Assembly: GCA_905178155.1 (NCBI GenBank)
Contig: CAJINV010000018.1
Location: 1,096,609-1,160,608 of the forward strand
Length of the DNA: 64,000 nt
Direction: 5' to 3'
Source of the DNA: Amoebophrya sp. A120
Lineage: Eukaryota > Protista > Dinoflagellata
In this document: piece by piece, positions 1-11,995 of the stretch
Position numbering within the stretch: position 1 is the first letter of the stretch
How the letters are laid out: the number at the start of each line of letters is the position of its first letter
The notes under the pieces: model-generated
The model's database searches: none
Told to the model about the DNA's origin: nothing
The model's input: only the letters and a program-made list of their open reading frames with translations
Position numbers and translations under genes: made by a program

Positions 1-1786
1 GCCCCCCAACGCCACCGCTGACCGGGGTATCCTGAGTAAAAACGTACCCACACCAGAGTCAGGATGGGGATTTTGCAACACAAACCTAGGAGTTTTGTGA
101 GTCACGCATGACAAGTTGCACTATGCAGTGTAGTGCAGGTTAGCAAGTGCAGCCGCATCACAGATTCATCTGCTCATCGTGTTCATAGAGTCACAAATTC
201 CAAAACACGACTGGAAATGGCCCTCATGGGGATGCGCATTACAAGTCTTCCTGTCTTTGCAAATCTGCATCACAGCTCTGGCGTGGGTACGTTTTTACTC
301 AGGATACGGGGAGAGGGAAACTTCCGAAGTGCTGTTGGCGGTGTCGCCGTATGAAAGTGCACAACTTCTCCACGTTCTGATTTCTCATGCAAAATACCAA
401 CTCCACGCTCATGCAAAATACCAACTCCACGCTTCCCCTCCTATCACTATTATGCATGACAAGTTCATCTGGCAGCCCAAATAGAAGTACAATCTGTCAT
501 GCAAAACCTGCATATTAATTCCTGCTAACGATTGCATTGCTGCTCCTGCAATACAAATGAGGGGGGACGAGGTTGTGCACTGTGATACGTCGCTCGGATT
601 GTTTACTAGCCGGTTCGATGTCGAGGTACCTCCGCCCCGCGAACTTGGCGACGAGGGAACATGGATGTCCAGCGAAAGCCGTTTCCGCCCGTTGCTCGTC
701 GTGGCGGGCGCAGAGAGGTTGAGGTTCGATTTTTTCCTTGGGCTCGAGCTACTGGCCGCGGCGGCGGAGTTGCCCGTCAAAGTCGTAGCATTGTTGTACG
801 CGGACGCAGCTCCTTGTGCTGGTCCACCGTCATCGTGGACCACCTGCAGCGGATCTACCCGCCCGTTTATCGCAGTTCCTCCTGGTCCTCCTGCACTCAT
901 GTCTTCGTCGGACGAATTGGAGGAAGACATGCCAGGAATGAACGCGTCACTCTGTTGTTGTAGCTTCTGGCGCGGTATCCTGTGCAAAGGTATCGCACTC
1001 GTAGTAATCGCAGTCATGCATTACAAATCTCCTTCCCAAGGCAAATCAGCATGACAAATTCCATTTGTAATGCTGAGCGAATTTGTATTGCAATTACTAC
1101 TAGTACGATACTTTTGCAGTGCATATGCGGTTGTTCCGCTTCATCCGGACGACCCTCTTGGTCCTGCTGCTGCAACATGATTTTCGCGGCAGGAACAAAT
1201 CGAGAATTTTTATCTCCACCTGCTCGGTCCGTTGTTTTATTGAGATTGGCGAAATTATTTCTCGTCGTCGTTGTGCTACCACAATTTGACGCAGGAGCAG
1301 GAGCGCACGTAGTTGTTCTTGTTCTATTCCCTCGTCCCTCGCCCTCTAAGATTTTTAACGGCTGGTCTACTTCTAGCGAGGACGTCGAAGTGGGCGACAC
1401 TACAGTATCCTTTTGATAACGTATCAAGAGGAAAAATCCCCCCTCCCCATATCGGAAACGGAAGATGCGCGAATTTGTGATGCTGTATTTGAGTACACAA
1501 ATCGACTTGTATTGCTAGAAGGCCAAGAGACGAAGCTGCGGCCTAAATTGCAGGTAATCTGTCATGCTGTTTCCCACTTCCAGTTGCCTCCTGTCATCCT
1601 GGAACTGCAAGGCTTTCCCACACTGGACAGCACTACAGTCCGCATCTTTTGCCTTCTAGCATCACAAAGCTGATTTGTGACCACAAATCTGCATCACAGA
1701 TTTCCGTTTTGATATGGGGAGGGGGCATTTTTCATTGTAATATAACGCTGGCTCCGGGGCGAAGTCAGCAAGCAGCACGCGCACAT
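1..1786 (-). CDS. Multi-exon gene, low-complexity Ser/Thr-rich protein of unknown function; runs off the window 3' end, start uncertain (may extend to ~2890)
   Basis: Removing introners 1422-1742, 976-1125, 350-587 and 28-306, each with one DR copy, joins ORFs 1014..1427 and 409..1017 in frame (SQR|YQKD, EQP|RQKL, NPSD|DTANS, LSP|VSGG). Confidence 0.6.
28..306. mobile_element. Introner, family C
   Basis: TIR tatcctgagtaaaaacgtaccca / tgggtacgtttttactcaggata; DR cgggg. Confidence 0.9.
350..587. mobile_element. Introner, family F
   Basis: TIR tatgaaagtgcacaac / gttgtgcactgtgata; DR cgccg/cgtcg. Confidence 0.85.
976..1125. mobile_element. Introner, family D (150 bp)
   Basis: TIR tatcctgtgcaaaggtatcg / cgatacttttgcagtgcata; DR cgcgg/tgcgg. 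Confidence 0.88.
1422..1742. mobile_element. Introner, family B
   Basis: TIR with gaaaaatcccccctccccatatc / gatatggggagggggcattttt; DR taacg. Confidence 0.9.
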
Positions 1787-1904
1787 TGATATCAAATGCA
1801 AAAATGTCTGGGTCTGGAAGATTCTAAACTTGTCATGCTGTCTTTGGATTCCAAAAACATCTGTATTGCGTGACCAACAACAGGAGTCCAGTTTGTGTTA
1901 CGCG

Positions 1905-2663
1905 TAGTAGTAGTAGTAGTAGTAGTAACCATTTAACTCCTGGCGGGTTGGCGTTAGAACAGATTTAGCCTCTGCCAATACCTGGGCGTTAGAACAGATT
2001 TAGCCTCTGCCGATACCCCTAGGTGGATACCCGATCCACTTCCTAACTACCACCCGACCGCAGCCGCAAAACCGCTATCGATTGCTTACGCGTAACTACG
2101 ACCAGTGGGCGCTACGTGTGGCAGAACCCCCTTACCATCCAAGCCCGCGAGCAAGGTGGAGCTTCGGTGTGGCCTTGAAGGGTTAGTCTTACAAACTTGA
2201 TCAGAGTCTTACACTTGTGGCCGGTTGCGCGCTAAAAAAATATACAGGGGGTCTACTGATCATACCCGATGATCCTATCACGATGACGGACAACCCCGAG
2301 GCGTACCCCTTTCAGGCACTTTAGCCGACCTTACTCCGCGCACCTTTTTCATGCGTTTCCGAAGAATCGGGCCCCAGGGCTCCGCCTACTCGGAGCCGCC
2401 ATCGCGCCCGCCCTGGAGGGACCCCTTGGGGAAGGGGGGTGCTGCTTTAGCGCAGTCTTTAAATTAGCAACCCAGTCACCACTTTGCCAATAAACCTAGG
2501 CCTAGCGACATGCAAACTCCCAGACCTTTGCAGTTTTTGTCTTTTTGTTCTTTAGCCCATGCCCCCGCCCATCTCTTCTGTTTTTTTTCTTTGTGCCCCG
2601 CACCCCTTTTCTTCTGTGCCCCCCGCGTCTTCTCTTTCATGCGTCTACTTTTCCCCCCTATGT
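1905..2663 (-). mobile_element. Putative 5'-truncated non-LTR retroelement or SINE nested in an introner
   Basis: 16-bp duplication cagtttgtgttacgcg (1889-1904, 2664-2679); (TAG)n tract at one end, i.e. a (CTA)n 3' tail on the minus strand. Confidence 0.7.
1950..2017. repeat. Tandem duplication, 35-bp period
   Basis: ggcgttagaacagatttagcctctgcc at 1950 and 1985. Confidence 0.85.
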
Positions 2664-4529
2664 CAGTTTGTGTTACGCGGAGAGGGCATTTCTCATGCGG
2701 AATAGGCATCAGAAAGCCCTCTAAAAGTCTGTGATGCTAGATCATGCATCACGTGCATTATGGCTCATACAAAATATGCATCACAAATCCCGGAATCTTC
2801 CAGACCCAGACATTTTTGCACTTGATAATTGATTCTTGGTGACAAGAAACTGCAACTTTGAGATGCCTTTTCGTTTTTCGGCGACATAGGTTCTTTCCGT
2901 GCAGAGGCGATGAAGATAGTATCTATATGTACAATTTGTGTTTGACCCAAAAAAAGCTGCAGATGTAAAAAGTTGATATGGTACACGACAGAGAAAAACG
3001 AATCAGCAACGCGAAAGTGTCGACACAAGACCGGAGAATAAAAAGAAATAGTACTAGAGATGATGTTTATGCATTAATTTCAGTAGCTGCGAATAGACAT
3101 TATGCTTTTTGTTCAATATGAAAATTATGAAGGGTGCATCGTGGAAGATGTGGTCCTGTTTCAAAGTACAATTCGGAAACCTAACAGAAGCAAGTGCTGC
3201 GTCCACAAGCTCAACAAAACTACCCGCCCCGGATGTCATCTGTGAGAAGAAAACAGTGGAGATGAGTAGACAAAGAAGTACCACCATCACGACAAGATGA
3301 AGGTTGTAATAAACTAACAAAAGCGAGAAAAAAAAAGCGGCCGTACACGGGGAGGCGGAAGATGCCCGCAGTGGAATCAATGACTGAAACAACACTTCTC
3401 GTCGCATTACAAACCACATACTTCTACAACCTGGTCACGTCTTCTTCTCGACTCACCTCAGTCACTCAGTCATCTCTCAGCCTAATGTCATCCTCTGATG
3501 GAAAGAACATTGTAATCAAACATAGCTGCTTCCACTGCTTGAGGAAGACAGCCACTAAAAAATTGTGCAGTCGCTCGTGCATCTCTCACTTAGCTTCTCT
3601 CGCCTACTTGTCTTCTGTTGACACTTCCATGGTATTTTAGTTTGGGAGCTGCACATAGTGCCTGGTCTACTCTGTTCCTCAATCTTTCTCCCTACCTCTA
3701 GTCTCGTCTCTCACTCCCTCAGGGAATGAAATAAACGGAATTCACTTTACGAAATTAGCTCAAATAAGCATTTTTAAACGCTGGCTGTAAAACATCAAAC
3801 ACCAAGGGTCTTCGAAGAGAAGAAGTCTGCGCCATCTTCGAAGAGAAGAAGGGTCGTCTCAGCTGAATCCGCTGGTGGATAGACCAGGATGGAGGCCGAT
3901 GTTGTTACTCAAGCTTCACAATTGGAACTATTGTACACGAGTGAAAAGTCGTCTAGGCCACATGTTTACAATATGCTTTGATGTTGAGACGTATTCGTGT
4001 AGTTTAGCCTTTTCGCATTATAATTTCGTAGCAATTATGATTTCTTCTTCTAACGTAACTATTCGAGTATCTTCGCATAAATATCATGTTGTAAATCCTA
4101 CAAAAAACTCATGTTGTGCGACCAACAAGTGCATAGTGCTGCAGGTGCTGCTGGACGGGCAAGCACGAGTTGAAGTTGAAGCACGCGCTTCCATTTCATC
4201 ATCCTGCGGTCCCTTATATTTTTTACTTCAAGTCGTGTCTCAACAAACCTCAATGTTGTAGGTGTCTGTAATCCTGTCATAAAAGAGAAACGCATAAAAA
4301 TGTATAGTAAATCGGTCTTGAAGTGGAAACGCTTTCAAAAAAATGATCATGCGTAGCTTGATGTGGGCACGTAAGTTTAATCGAATCTGGATCTGTGTTG
4401 AATCGGATACATTTTTGATTCAATGATGTTAATTTCAATCACGAAAAATGAAATATCTTCTTGACTTGCAGCACTAAAAAGCTGCGCGCAGCTTCTATGA
4501 AAGACAAATTCCTTTCTGACTCCCCTCCC

Positions 4530-7500
4530 TTAGGCCTCCGACGAATTTCCCGACGACAGAGAAACGACCCCACTCGACGTCCCCACCGCTGTCTCATCTG
4601 CACTACTGGAGCTACAACCCCCTTCTTGTTCCTCCGCACAGGAAGTAGTGGCGTTGGTCATTAAGTTCTGCCCGATTCTCCCGTTTTTGTTCGCCATTGC
4701 GATTGAATACGGCGTCACTTGGTCGCGGTACTTCACGTCTAGCAGCTGGGTGAACCACACGCCAAAGTTCCCGATGTTGGGATCCAGAAAATTCACGGGA
4801 GCTTGCCGAATTTTTGCGTCTTCTTCCTAAAGTGTTTTGTATTTGAATACTTGCGTTCGTGTTTTTCGCTTCGTCCGTTCATCATCTTGCCCTCGGTTGA
4901 AAACGATCAACCGCAAAGGATTTTTTTTCCGCACCATGATTCACACGTGCTGGTGTGAACAAATAATATTTTCCAGATTCAGTGAGACCGCGTCCACGTG
5001 TGCATGCATGCAATAAAAGAAAAAATCATCATACATTCCATGTAAAAAATTATACCTCTTCCAAGTAGGTGGCTCGTGCAAAAATCGCCTTCTTCGTTTC
5101 TTCATCGTTTTCCGGTTGCAATAAATCCTCGTCATCTTCGGACGCTTCGGCCTCCTCTCCGAAATTCCTCGCGTCACTCAATGCCGTTAATTCCTCAATT
5201 CTCTTCGAGTGCAGCTCATCCGCCAAGGGGTTCACTTTCACCGGTCCCTATGACAGTGCACAACTCTCCATCCCCCTCATTTGTCATGCAAAATACCCAA
5301 TCCACGACTCCTTGCATCTTGGCACTGTTTGCATGACAAGCTCTGGTAGCCCAAATAGTACTACATTCCAGTGAGAATTTGTCATGCAAAACCGGCACTC
5401 TTGCTGATGCTTGTACTGCCGTTCATGCAATACAAATGAGGTGGAAGGGGAGTTGTGCACTCTGATAGTCCCTCCAGATTATCGATGATCTGGATCTTGT
5501 CGCGCCGCACCGCGAAGCCCTGGCTTTTCATATCAAATGTAAAAGTGTCTGGGTCTGGAAGAATGCAGCTTGTGATGCTGCATTTGGATTCCAAAAAAAT
5601 CTGTATTGCATGAGTACCAAAGGGAATGCAATTTGTGCTACGCTGAGAAGGCATTTGTCATGCGGAATAGGCATCAAGAAGCCCTCAAGAAATCTGTATT
5701 GCTAGGGTATGCATCACAGACATCATGGCTCATGCAAAACGTGCATGACAAGTGTCAGAATCTTCCAGACCCAGACATTTTTACATTTGATATTTCACTA
5801 TGCATGGCAAATATGCTGTCTGGGTTTGGAAGCTTCGGATGCTCATGCTTGTAATGCTGGTGTTGCATATACATATTGATTACCACTGAAATCTCCTGTC
5901 GTGCTGTGCATGACCAATAGAAGTCGCAGCCTCATCTGCTCTCGTCGTACAGAAATGCAAGCTCTCATGCGAGCTGCGTATCATGAGAAAGCGCTGGCGT
6001 TCTGCAAAATTGTATACTCTTGACTTCATTCGGTGGAAGTGTAATTTTCATCTTCATCGTCCACAGTTCTTCAGCATCACAAGTGGTTTCCAGACGTCTA
6101 CGACAGTAGATATTTGCATTTAATATTGACGCTGAAACTGTTGTTTTCTTCCTCCTCATCCTGGTCCTCTTCGAGGGTTTCTGCACTGCATTCCCTGTTG
6201 GAGTTGTTGTTTTTGGTTTCCTCCTCTGCCACTGGGTGGAAGAACGCAAATTCTTCTCGCTGTTGCTCCTCGCACAAATTCGTAATCTTCTTCGTCCCTG
6301 CTGCGTCCTCCTGACTATGGTCCTCTCCTGACGGAAACAAATCCCCCTGCGGTTCCTCGTCCTCGTCGTCCGCAAATTCGAGCAGCCCGCTGGGTAGATT
6401 GTGAATAGCAGACATAAGAAACATGTCGTTTCGTTTCTGCTGCTCGAATTCGTCCAGAATTCGGCTGCTATTACTGTACCTTTCGTCCTCGACCACTTCT
6501 TCTTTTCCACCATCGACACCGTCCACATTTTCACCGACCACACTAAAAGGATTTACTATGTTTGTTGATGTTGAGCTGCTGCTGTTAAAAACCTCTTCGA
6601 AGTAGAACCCGTCTTCCAGCAAATTTACGCGGGTCGCGGTCAAAGAGTCCGTTATCAAATGTAAAAGTGTCTGGGTCTGGAAGAATGCAAGATTTGTCAT
6701 GCATATTTCTCATGACCCATAATGCCTGTAATGCTTGAACTAGCATCGCAGACCTTTAGAGGGCTTCCTGATGCACCTTCCGCATGAGAAATGGCCTGTC
6801 TGTGTAGCAAAAACTGTACCCATTTTGCTGGTCATGCAATACAATTTTTTTTAGAGTCCAAAAACAGCGTGACAAGTTGCAATCTTCCAGAGCCAGACCC
6901 AGACATTTTTGCATTTCATATCCGTGGCGTTGCTCCCGTTCCCGATCACGGTACCCGTCAACGTCTGCGTTAGCGCGTCCGAGTTGGAGTAGGACAGCGG
7001 GGGGGCGGTGGTTTCCTTAGAAGAAGAAAGACTGTCGGAAATGTTGTTGGTCGTGTGCAACTTCTGTGGATTGGCTTTGCTGTTGTTGACCTCAGTCGAG
7101 GTTGTACAAGAACTACTACCTTTTAGATTATTGTCCTCCTGCTCTTTCAGCAACTCCACGACGTCCGCGAGGCTGCAGGTATCCTCCTCCTCCTCTTCCT
7201 CCTCGCCGTTCGGCGCAATGATCGACGCGGACAAACTCCCTGCCTGTTGCGCGTTCTTCTCTAATTGAAAGTACTCGCTTCCCTCTTTCGTGACAATCAC
7301 GTCGTTGGCGGGGATGATGATGGCCTTTTGCTGCAGCTCTGGTCCTGGTGCCGCTCGATTTTCGATCACTGATGACACCACGTGGTCACCCAACGCAACT
7401 TCCGGCCCAATCACTGTGGGCCGCGGCGCCAATGTCCCAGCGCGGCGGCGGGAGCTGCTGGTGGTCGTGGTATTCTTTCTAGAGGTGGGAGATGAAGTTG

Positions 7501-8532
7501 TTGTAGTTGTTTCAAAGAAAGTCGCAACATCTACTTCTGCACTCTCTTGGGATCTCCGCCTGCTTCTGCCGTGGCTCTTTTTCGGGGAGGGAGACGCGGA
7601 CGAAATGGCTTCAAATTTTTCGATTTTATCGGCAATGGTGAAGGTCGTGGAGGGGGAGATTTTTGCGGAGGCATCTTCGTGGGAAGATGAAGATGGAAAT
7701 GTTGTCGCGGCGAGAGTAATATTCCTGTTGTCCGCACTTGCTCCCTTCGTTGTGCTGCCAGTGAAACTGGAACTCGAACGACCAGTAGCGGTATTAGTAC
7801 AACTAGCAGAGGAAGCACTAGAAGACAGACCCCAGGCTTCCTGAAACGGCTGCGGAATCAGAGTCGTCAAGACCGCTTTCAGCACTCGTTTCAGATCTGT
7901 TGTTTTGAGAGTGGAGTTCGATTTTCATTTTGAACTTGAAGTGGAACAAAAACGACTGCACAACTACGATGGCGCAAAAACATAAATCGAGATAAAACTC
8001 ATCGTCATCATCTTCATCAACATCATTTTCGTGCATGTCCTTGATAATTTGAAAGTCTTTTCATACCGTCTAAATCCTGCTTTCGATGGTCCTCCTCTGC
8101 ACAATCCGTCCTGCTCGCCGTCCTTGTTTTCGCGTCGCTCGTGCTGGACGTTCCCGTCTTTGTGGACACACGACAATGCGCTGCTCCGGACGAAGAAGAC
8201 GTCGTACAACTCTCAGCCTCCTTGTCCCGTTTCGCCGAAATCTCTACCCCGCAGACCGCCTGCACCACATCGATGATCAGGCCTAAAGGGCCCCGCTTCC
8301 ACAGTCGCTGCGCCCGCGTGGGGCACACGTTTTCGGCGACTTTGGTCAGCATCAAGGTCGCGGTGAGGAGAGAGGCGAAGATGAGTGTGAGTTTGAACTT
8401 TCTCTCCCGAAACGAACGGAGGAGATAGTGGAGAAGAGCTTTTACAAGAGACACGAATTTGGAAGCCTTAAACTTCTTATTACCTGCAGTTAGTTGTACA
8501 AGAACGGCAACGCTGCTAGAAAAAGATGACAT
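4530..8532 (-). CDS. Multi-exon gene, acidic/Ser-rich protein with an N-terminal hydrophobic segment; unknown function
   Basis: ORFs 8023..8532, 6851..7885, 6098..6700, 5382..5654, 5050..5241 and 4530..4796 join in frame via GT-AG introns 7897-8066 and 4827-5055 and four introners (NAT|DSL, SFSV|KSQG, LEG|PVKVN). Confidence 0.8.
4827..5055 (-). other. Canonical GT-AG intron
   Basis: gaagag|gtataa ... ctttag|gaagaa; frame kept (LEE|EEDAK). Confidence 0.75.
5249..5467. mobile_element. Introner, family F
   Basis: TIR tatgacagtgcacaactc / gagttgtgcactctgata; DR gtccc. Confidence 0.9.
5531..5792. mobile_element. Introner, family A
   Basis: Family A TIR; DR tttca. Confidence 0.9.
5799..6125. mobile_element. 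Degenerate introner, family A-like
   Basis: tatgcatggcaaatatgctgtctgggtttggaa / ttccagac...tatttgcatttaata; DR ttcac/ttgac. Confidence 0.75.
6653..6920. mobile_element. Introner, family A
   Basis: Family A TIR; DR tccgt. Confidence 0.9.
7897..8066 (-). other. Canonical GT-AG intron
   Basis: gacg|gtatga ... caacag|atctg; frame kept (QDLD|DLKRVLK). Confidence 0.7.
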
Positions 8533-10624
8533 TTACATCAGCGTTCTATCTTCTGGTGTCCGTAAAAAAACTGTAATACACAGATAGTTAGAGTGCCACC
8601 TTTTTACTAAGAGCTAACTCGCTTGCTTTTGCACATGCAGTCCCTCTTCAATAATTTAGGTGAGTGTGGTGCACATCAAGTTCACACACCCACGTTGTTT
8701 CCAATGAAAAAACATCAAACTAGAAGTTCTTCCGCGGTTTTGATTGAACTTGCTAAGGTCTACCGATTCCGTACCACGTTTGCAAGAAGAAGAAGAAGAA
8801 GAAGGACCCTCATCCTCTCGGCGGACCAAAAGGAATAAATTTGCAAAACAAGTACCATGATGAAGCAGAAGCTTCTTTGATTTTGAGCTCAAGAACGTTA
8901 ACGTGATTGATTACCCGACCCTGACGGAGACCGACTACGTTTTCATCTCTGCTAGATTTGTACGTTAAACAAGACACTGAGAACGAGACAACCGAAAGCG
9001 AACCCCGTTAACTTCTACCTACTTTTACGATCCCCGCTTTGCGATCTTCCCCCCTCCCCCACCTTCTCTATCGGTGTAGCATGAAAAAGGTGTTGAAAAT
9101 CTCACTGACAAAACTCAAAAGGAACAAAAACAGACAAGTCACGACGAATGTTCTTTACTGACATTCATCAAGAACGAACAGGCTGTAAGTAAGTGGATGT
9201 GGAACAATCTTCAAACCGGCATGAGAAACTACAAGTCGCTTCCTAAGCTCCTGCAGCGTGGTGAAGCAGCCACCAGAGTGTGATTTTTATTGTGCATGTG
9301 GATGCGCAAGCGCCGCAAATAAAGGAAACTCAAAGTCATTTCGAAACAGTCCTGGTAGCATTCTTGTCCAGGTTGCGCGAAATTTAAGTTCGTCCAGGAG
9401 AACAGGTTCGTTGACTCCTAAATCCCTCTCGCCACACCTCTTTCTGATTAACAATGTAGTCGGGCAGGATATGCTTGGTTCTGTGAGGCGAGCTACTTGC
9501 TTCTATGCGGCAGTTCTTCTCACACCGGCTACCTATTTATGCACATGCGCAGGATATGCGGTCCTAGAGAAAAATCTTACTCTACAGTGGGTAAAATAGA
9601 GCAGGCTATGCATCTTATTTCCATCTTCAAAAGCTGCAGTTCATACTGAAGAGAGTGGACTTTTTGCATGGGTACGTAGTTGTCGGTGGCACCAAAAGGA
9701 AAATAAGAATTAAGAATGCTGCAAGGGTTCTGCGGGTCATAGAAAGTAAAGCGGGGTAGTTGTACGAGCGCAAATCCGAAAACGACTGGTCTCACCCATG
9801 GTGTATGGTGTAACGTAGATGCCCCCGCAGGTGCGACGTAAGTGTCTACCTACAGGCGCGCAGCATCAAATCCAAACTACAGGCGAGCACCGTCTTCGCG
9901 GAAATAAAGGTTTGTTGTTTATTTTTCGTTTGCTGGTACCTTCGAATTAGGAAAATTCAAAACAAAACTAAGAAAAATGCGACAGGTGGTTGCTGCTAAA
10001 GCACGATACTTTAGAACGGGAGCTCCTTCAAAGTCATATTCATATTTGTGATAAAAATAAAATCAAACGGAATAAAGAACAGAGACGTCGCCGCACCAAC
10101 CTAGACCAAGAAAGACCTAACCGGGCTACTAGACCCAGCCAAATCCTTCCGTCAACGGCTGTCCCGACAGTGCTTGGCAACAGTGGTGGACACTAAACGT
10201 TGCTGCGCTGCCCCAAATGGAACCCAGAACCACCAAAAGTTGCTGTGCTGCCAGTTTTTGCTTTCTGCATGCTGGTACTGCGCTTTCACTGTGAAATTGT
10301 AGTGCAACATTTTTTATCATACTGAGTTGCATTTTTGTGATTGTGTTTTTTGTTTTTATTTTTTTGCGTTTTTGTTTTTCGGAGCCGATATATATGTGTA
10401 AAAATGGGTTGTTGTAGCAACTACGGGTCAATGAACAACAAGAAGAAGAAAGTAAAACTGAAGCGCAAATAATATGAGGAGGACAACGTACCCAAGAGGC
10501 AACTCACCCATGGGGGATCAAAAAAAAAGTTTCAATTAGTGCCGGACTGGCCGGCAAAATACCTATATAAAATAGTTAATTGCAATAGCTAGGTGATTAA
10601 GTAGTTAGATAAGACGTTTTTTAG

Positions 10625-11444
10625 GGGTTGTAGGGTGCTAGATCGCCAAGTCCAGCTCCACGGATTCGCCTCGGAACCCTAGCAAAAAACCGAGGAAGCG
10701 CCCCATGGTGTGGCGTCTGTCTACTGCCCGCGCTTTCCATTGTGCGTGGCCTGTGGGAGATTTGGCGCAGCTAGCCGCATCCAGCGGATGGCTGACGACA
10801 AGCCGGCACGGTAGACACAAAAAGCCGCGCGCCCTGGTTATGAGAGAAGGCGGAGCAGCGTGCCATCGGCTGCCGAGGGGGGTTTCGCCAAAAAGCACCC
10901 GCAAGCCAAGTGCAACATGGCCCGCAGGCCGCGGCCTGCAGGGCCGCAGGCGAGAGGCGGGGGCGCGAGGGGGGGCCGCGGGAGGGGGTCCACACAGGGC
11001 CTCCCATAGGGCATATTTTTACCCCTAGCCCCGACGCTGTGGTCGTTTTGTCCCTTGCCAAAAAGGGGGCATCTCGGAGGGGCATCGCGGACGGGGATCC
11101 CGGACTCTCGTGTTGTCCTTTGTGAGGTCAATCTGCCCAGGTAGGAACACAACGAAGCCGGGGCACTTTGGGTAGCCTCACAAAATGGCTCCCAAGCTCG
11201 GCGGAAAGTGGCAGCAAGGCACAAACAAAACACAGAAAACGGCGGCAAGGTGCGACACGGCCGTCGCAACTACGTCGTCCTGCTGCCTTGCCACAGAAGG
11301 CTGGCCGCCGATCCTCTGCCCCCTGCGAACCTTCGTGCCCTATCTGCGCCAGGCCCTCGTGTGCAGTATCCCGGCGCCCCTGCGTGGAGACAACCGAGGC
11401 GAAGCCGTGGAGCTGGATATCGGCGATCTAGCACCCTACAACCC
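10625..11444. mobile_element. GC-rich non-autonomous TIR (MITE-like) element unrelated to the introner families
   Basis: ~50-bp TIR gggttgtagggtgctagatcgcc..tccagctccacggattcgcctcgg / ccgaggcgaagccgtggagctgga..ggcgatctagcaccctacaaccc; no TSD recognised. Confidence 0.75.
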
Positions 11445-11683
11445 TTTGAAAGCGTCTACTTTACATAGCTAATTCACATAAGGCAAGCTAGTGTATTTTA
11501 ACTAGCGAAATTACTTATGTTCAATTCGTTTACTGTGAAAAAAAAAAAAATTATCCCCTTGGGTGCGTTGCCTGTTGGGCACGTTGTCCTCCTCATAAAT
11601 AATAACTCGAAAGAAAAGATGAAGGCGAACGCTCTCCTGTCTTCGACAGTCCACGTACTTCGTCTTCGTGCAGCAACTCCCAA

Positions 11684-11995
11684 TTAGTTATTGCAATCGG
11701 ACGCCGCACCGGTGCAAAGCTGAACTTCATCGCCCTGGGTTGGTCCTGCAAAGCATGCATTCGCGATCGGGGCAGCATCGTTTTCGTTCCGCCCCCTCTT
11801 GCCGTAGCTAGAGGGATCGGCACACTCCGACATGTTAGTGCAATAGCACGCGGTCGTGGTCGCCGGTGGGGGTGTCGTCTGGGTCGGTTCGGGGCGAGGA
11901 AAAAAACGGGAAACTGGGTTGTTCATGAGATTCCCAATTCCTGTTTGAATTCCTGTTTGTAGTTCTTGTTTCTTTTCGGTCATGGAGTCTTGCAT
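11684..11995 (-). CDS. Possible short Cys-containing coding segment (MQDSMTEKK...CYCTNMSEC...)
   Basis: Coding-like composition in ORF 11684..12115; no recognised family. Confidence 0.3.
   Translation of the reverse strand: MQDSMTEKKQELQTGIQTGIGNLMNNPVSRFFPRPEPTQTTPPPATTTACYCTNMSECADPSSYGKRGRNENDAAPIANACFAGPTQGDEVQLCTGAASDCNN

Larger units (their letters stand above)
1790..2827. mobile_element. Introner, family A, enlarged by a nested insertion
   Basis: TIR tatcaaatgcaaaaatgtctgggtctggaa / ttccagacccagacatttttgcacttgata; DR attga. Confidence 0.88.

Noticed and set aside
389-432. Tandem repeat tcatgcaaaataccaactccacg (two copies)
   Set aside because: Local internal duplication in introner 350-587; not an independent feature.
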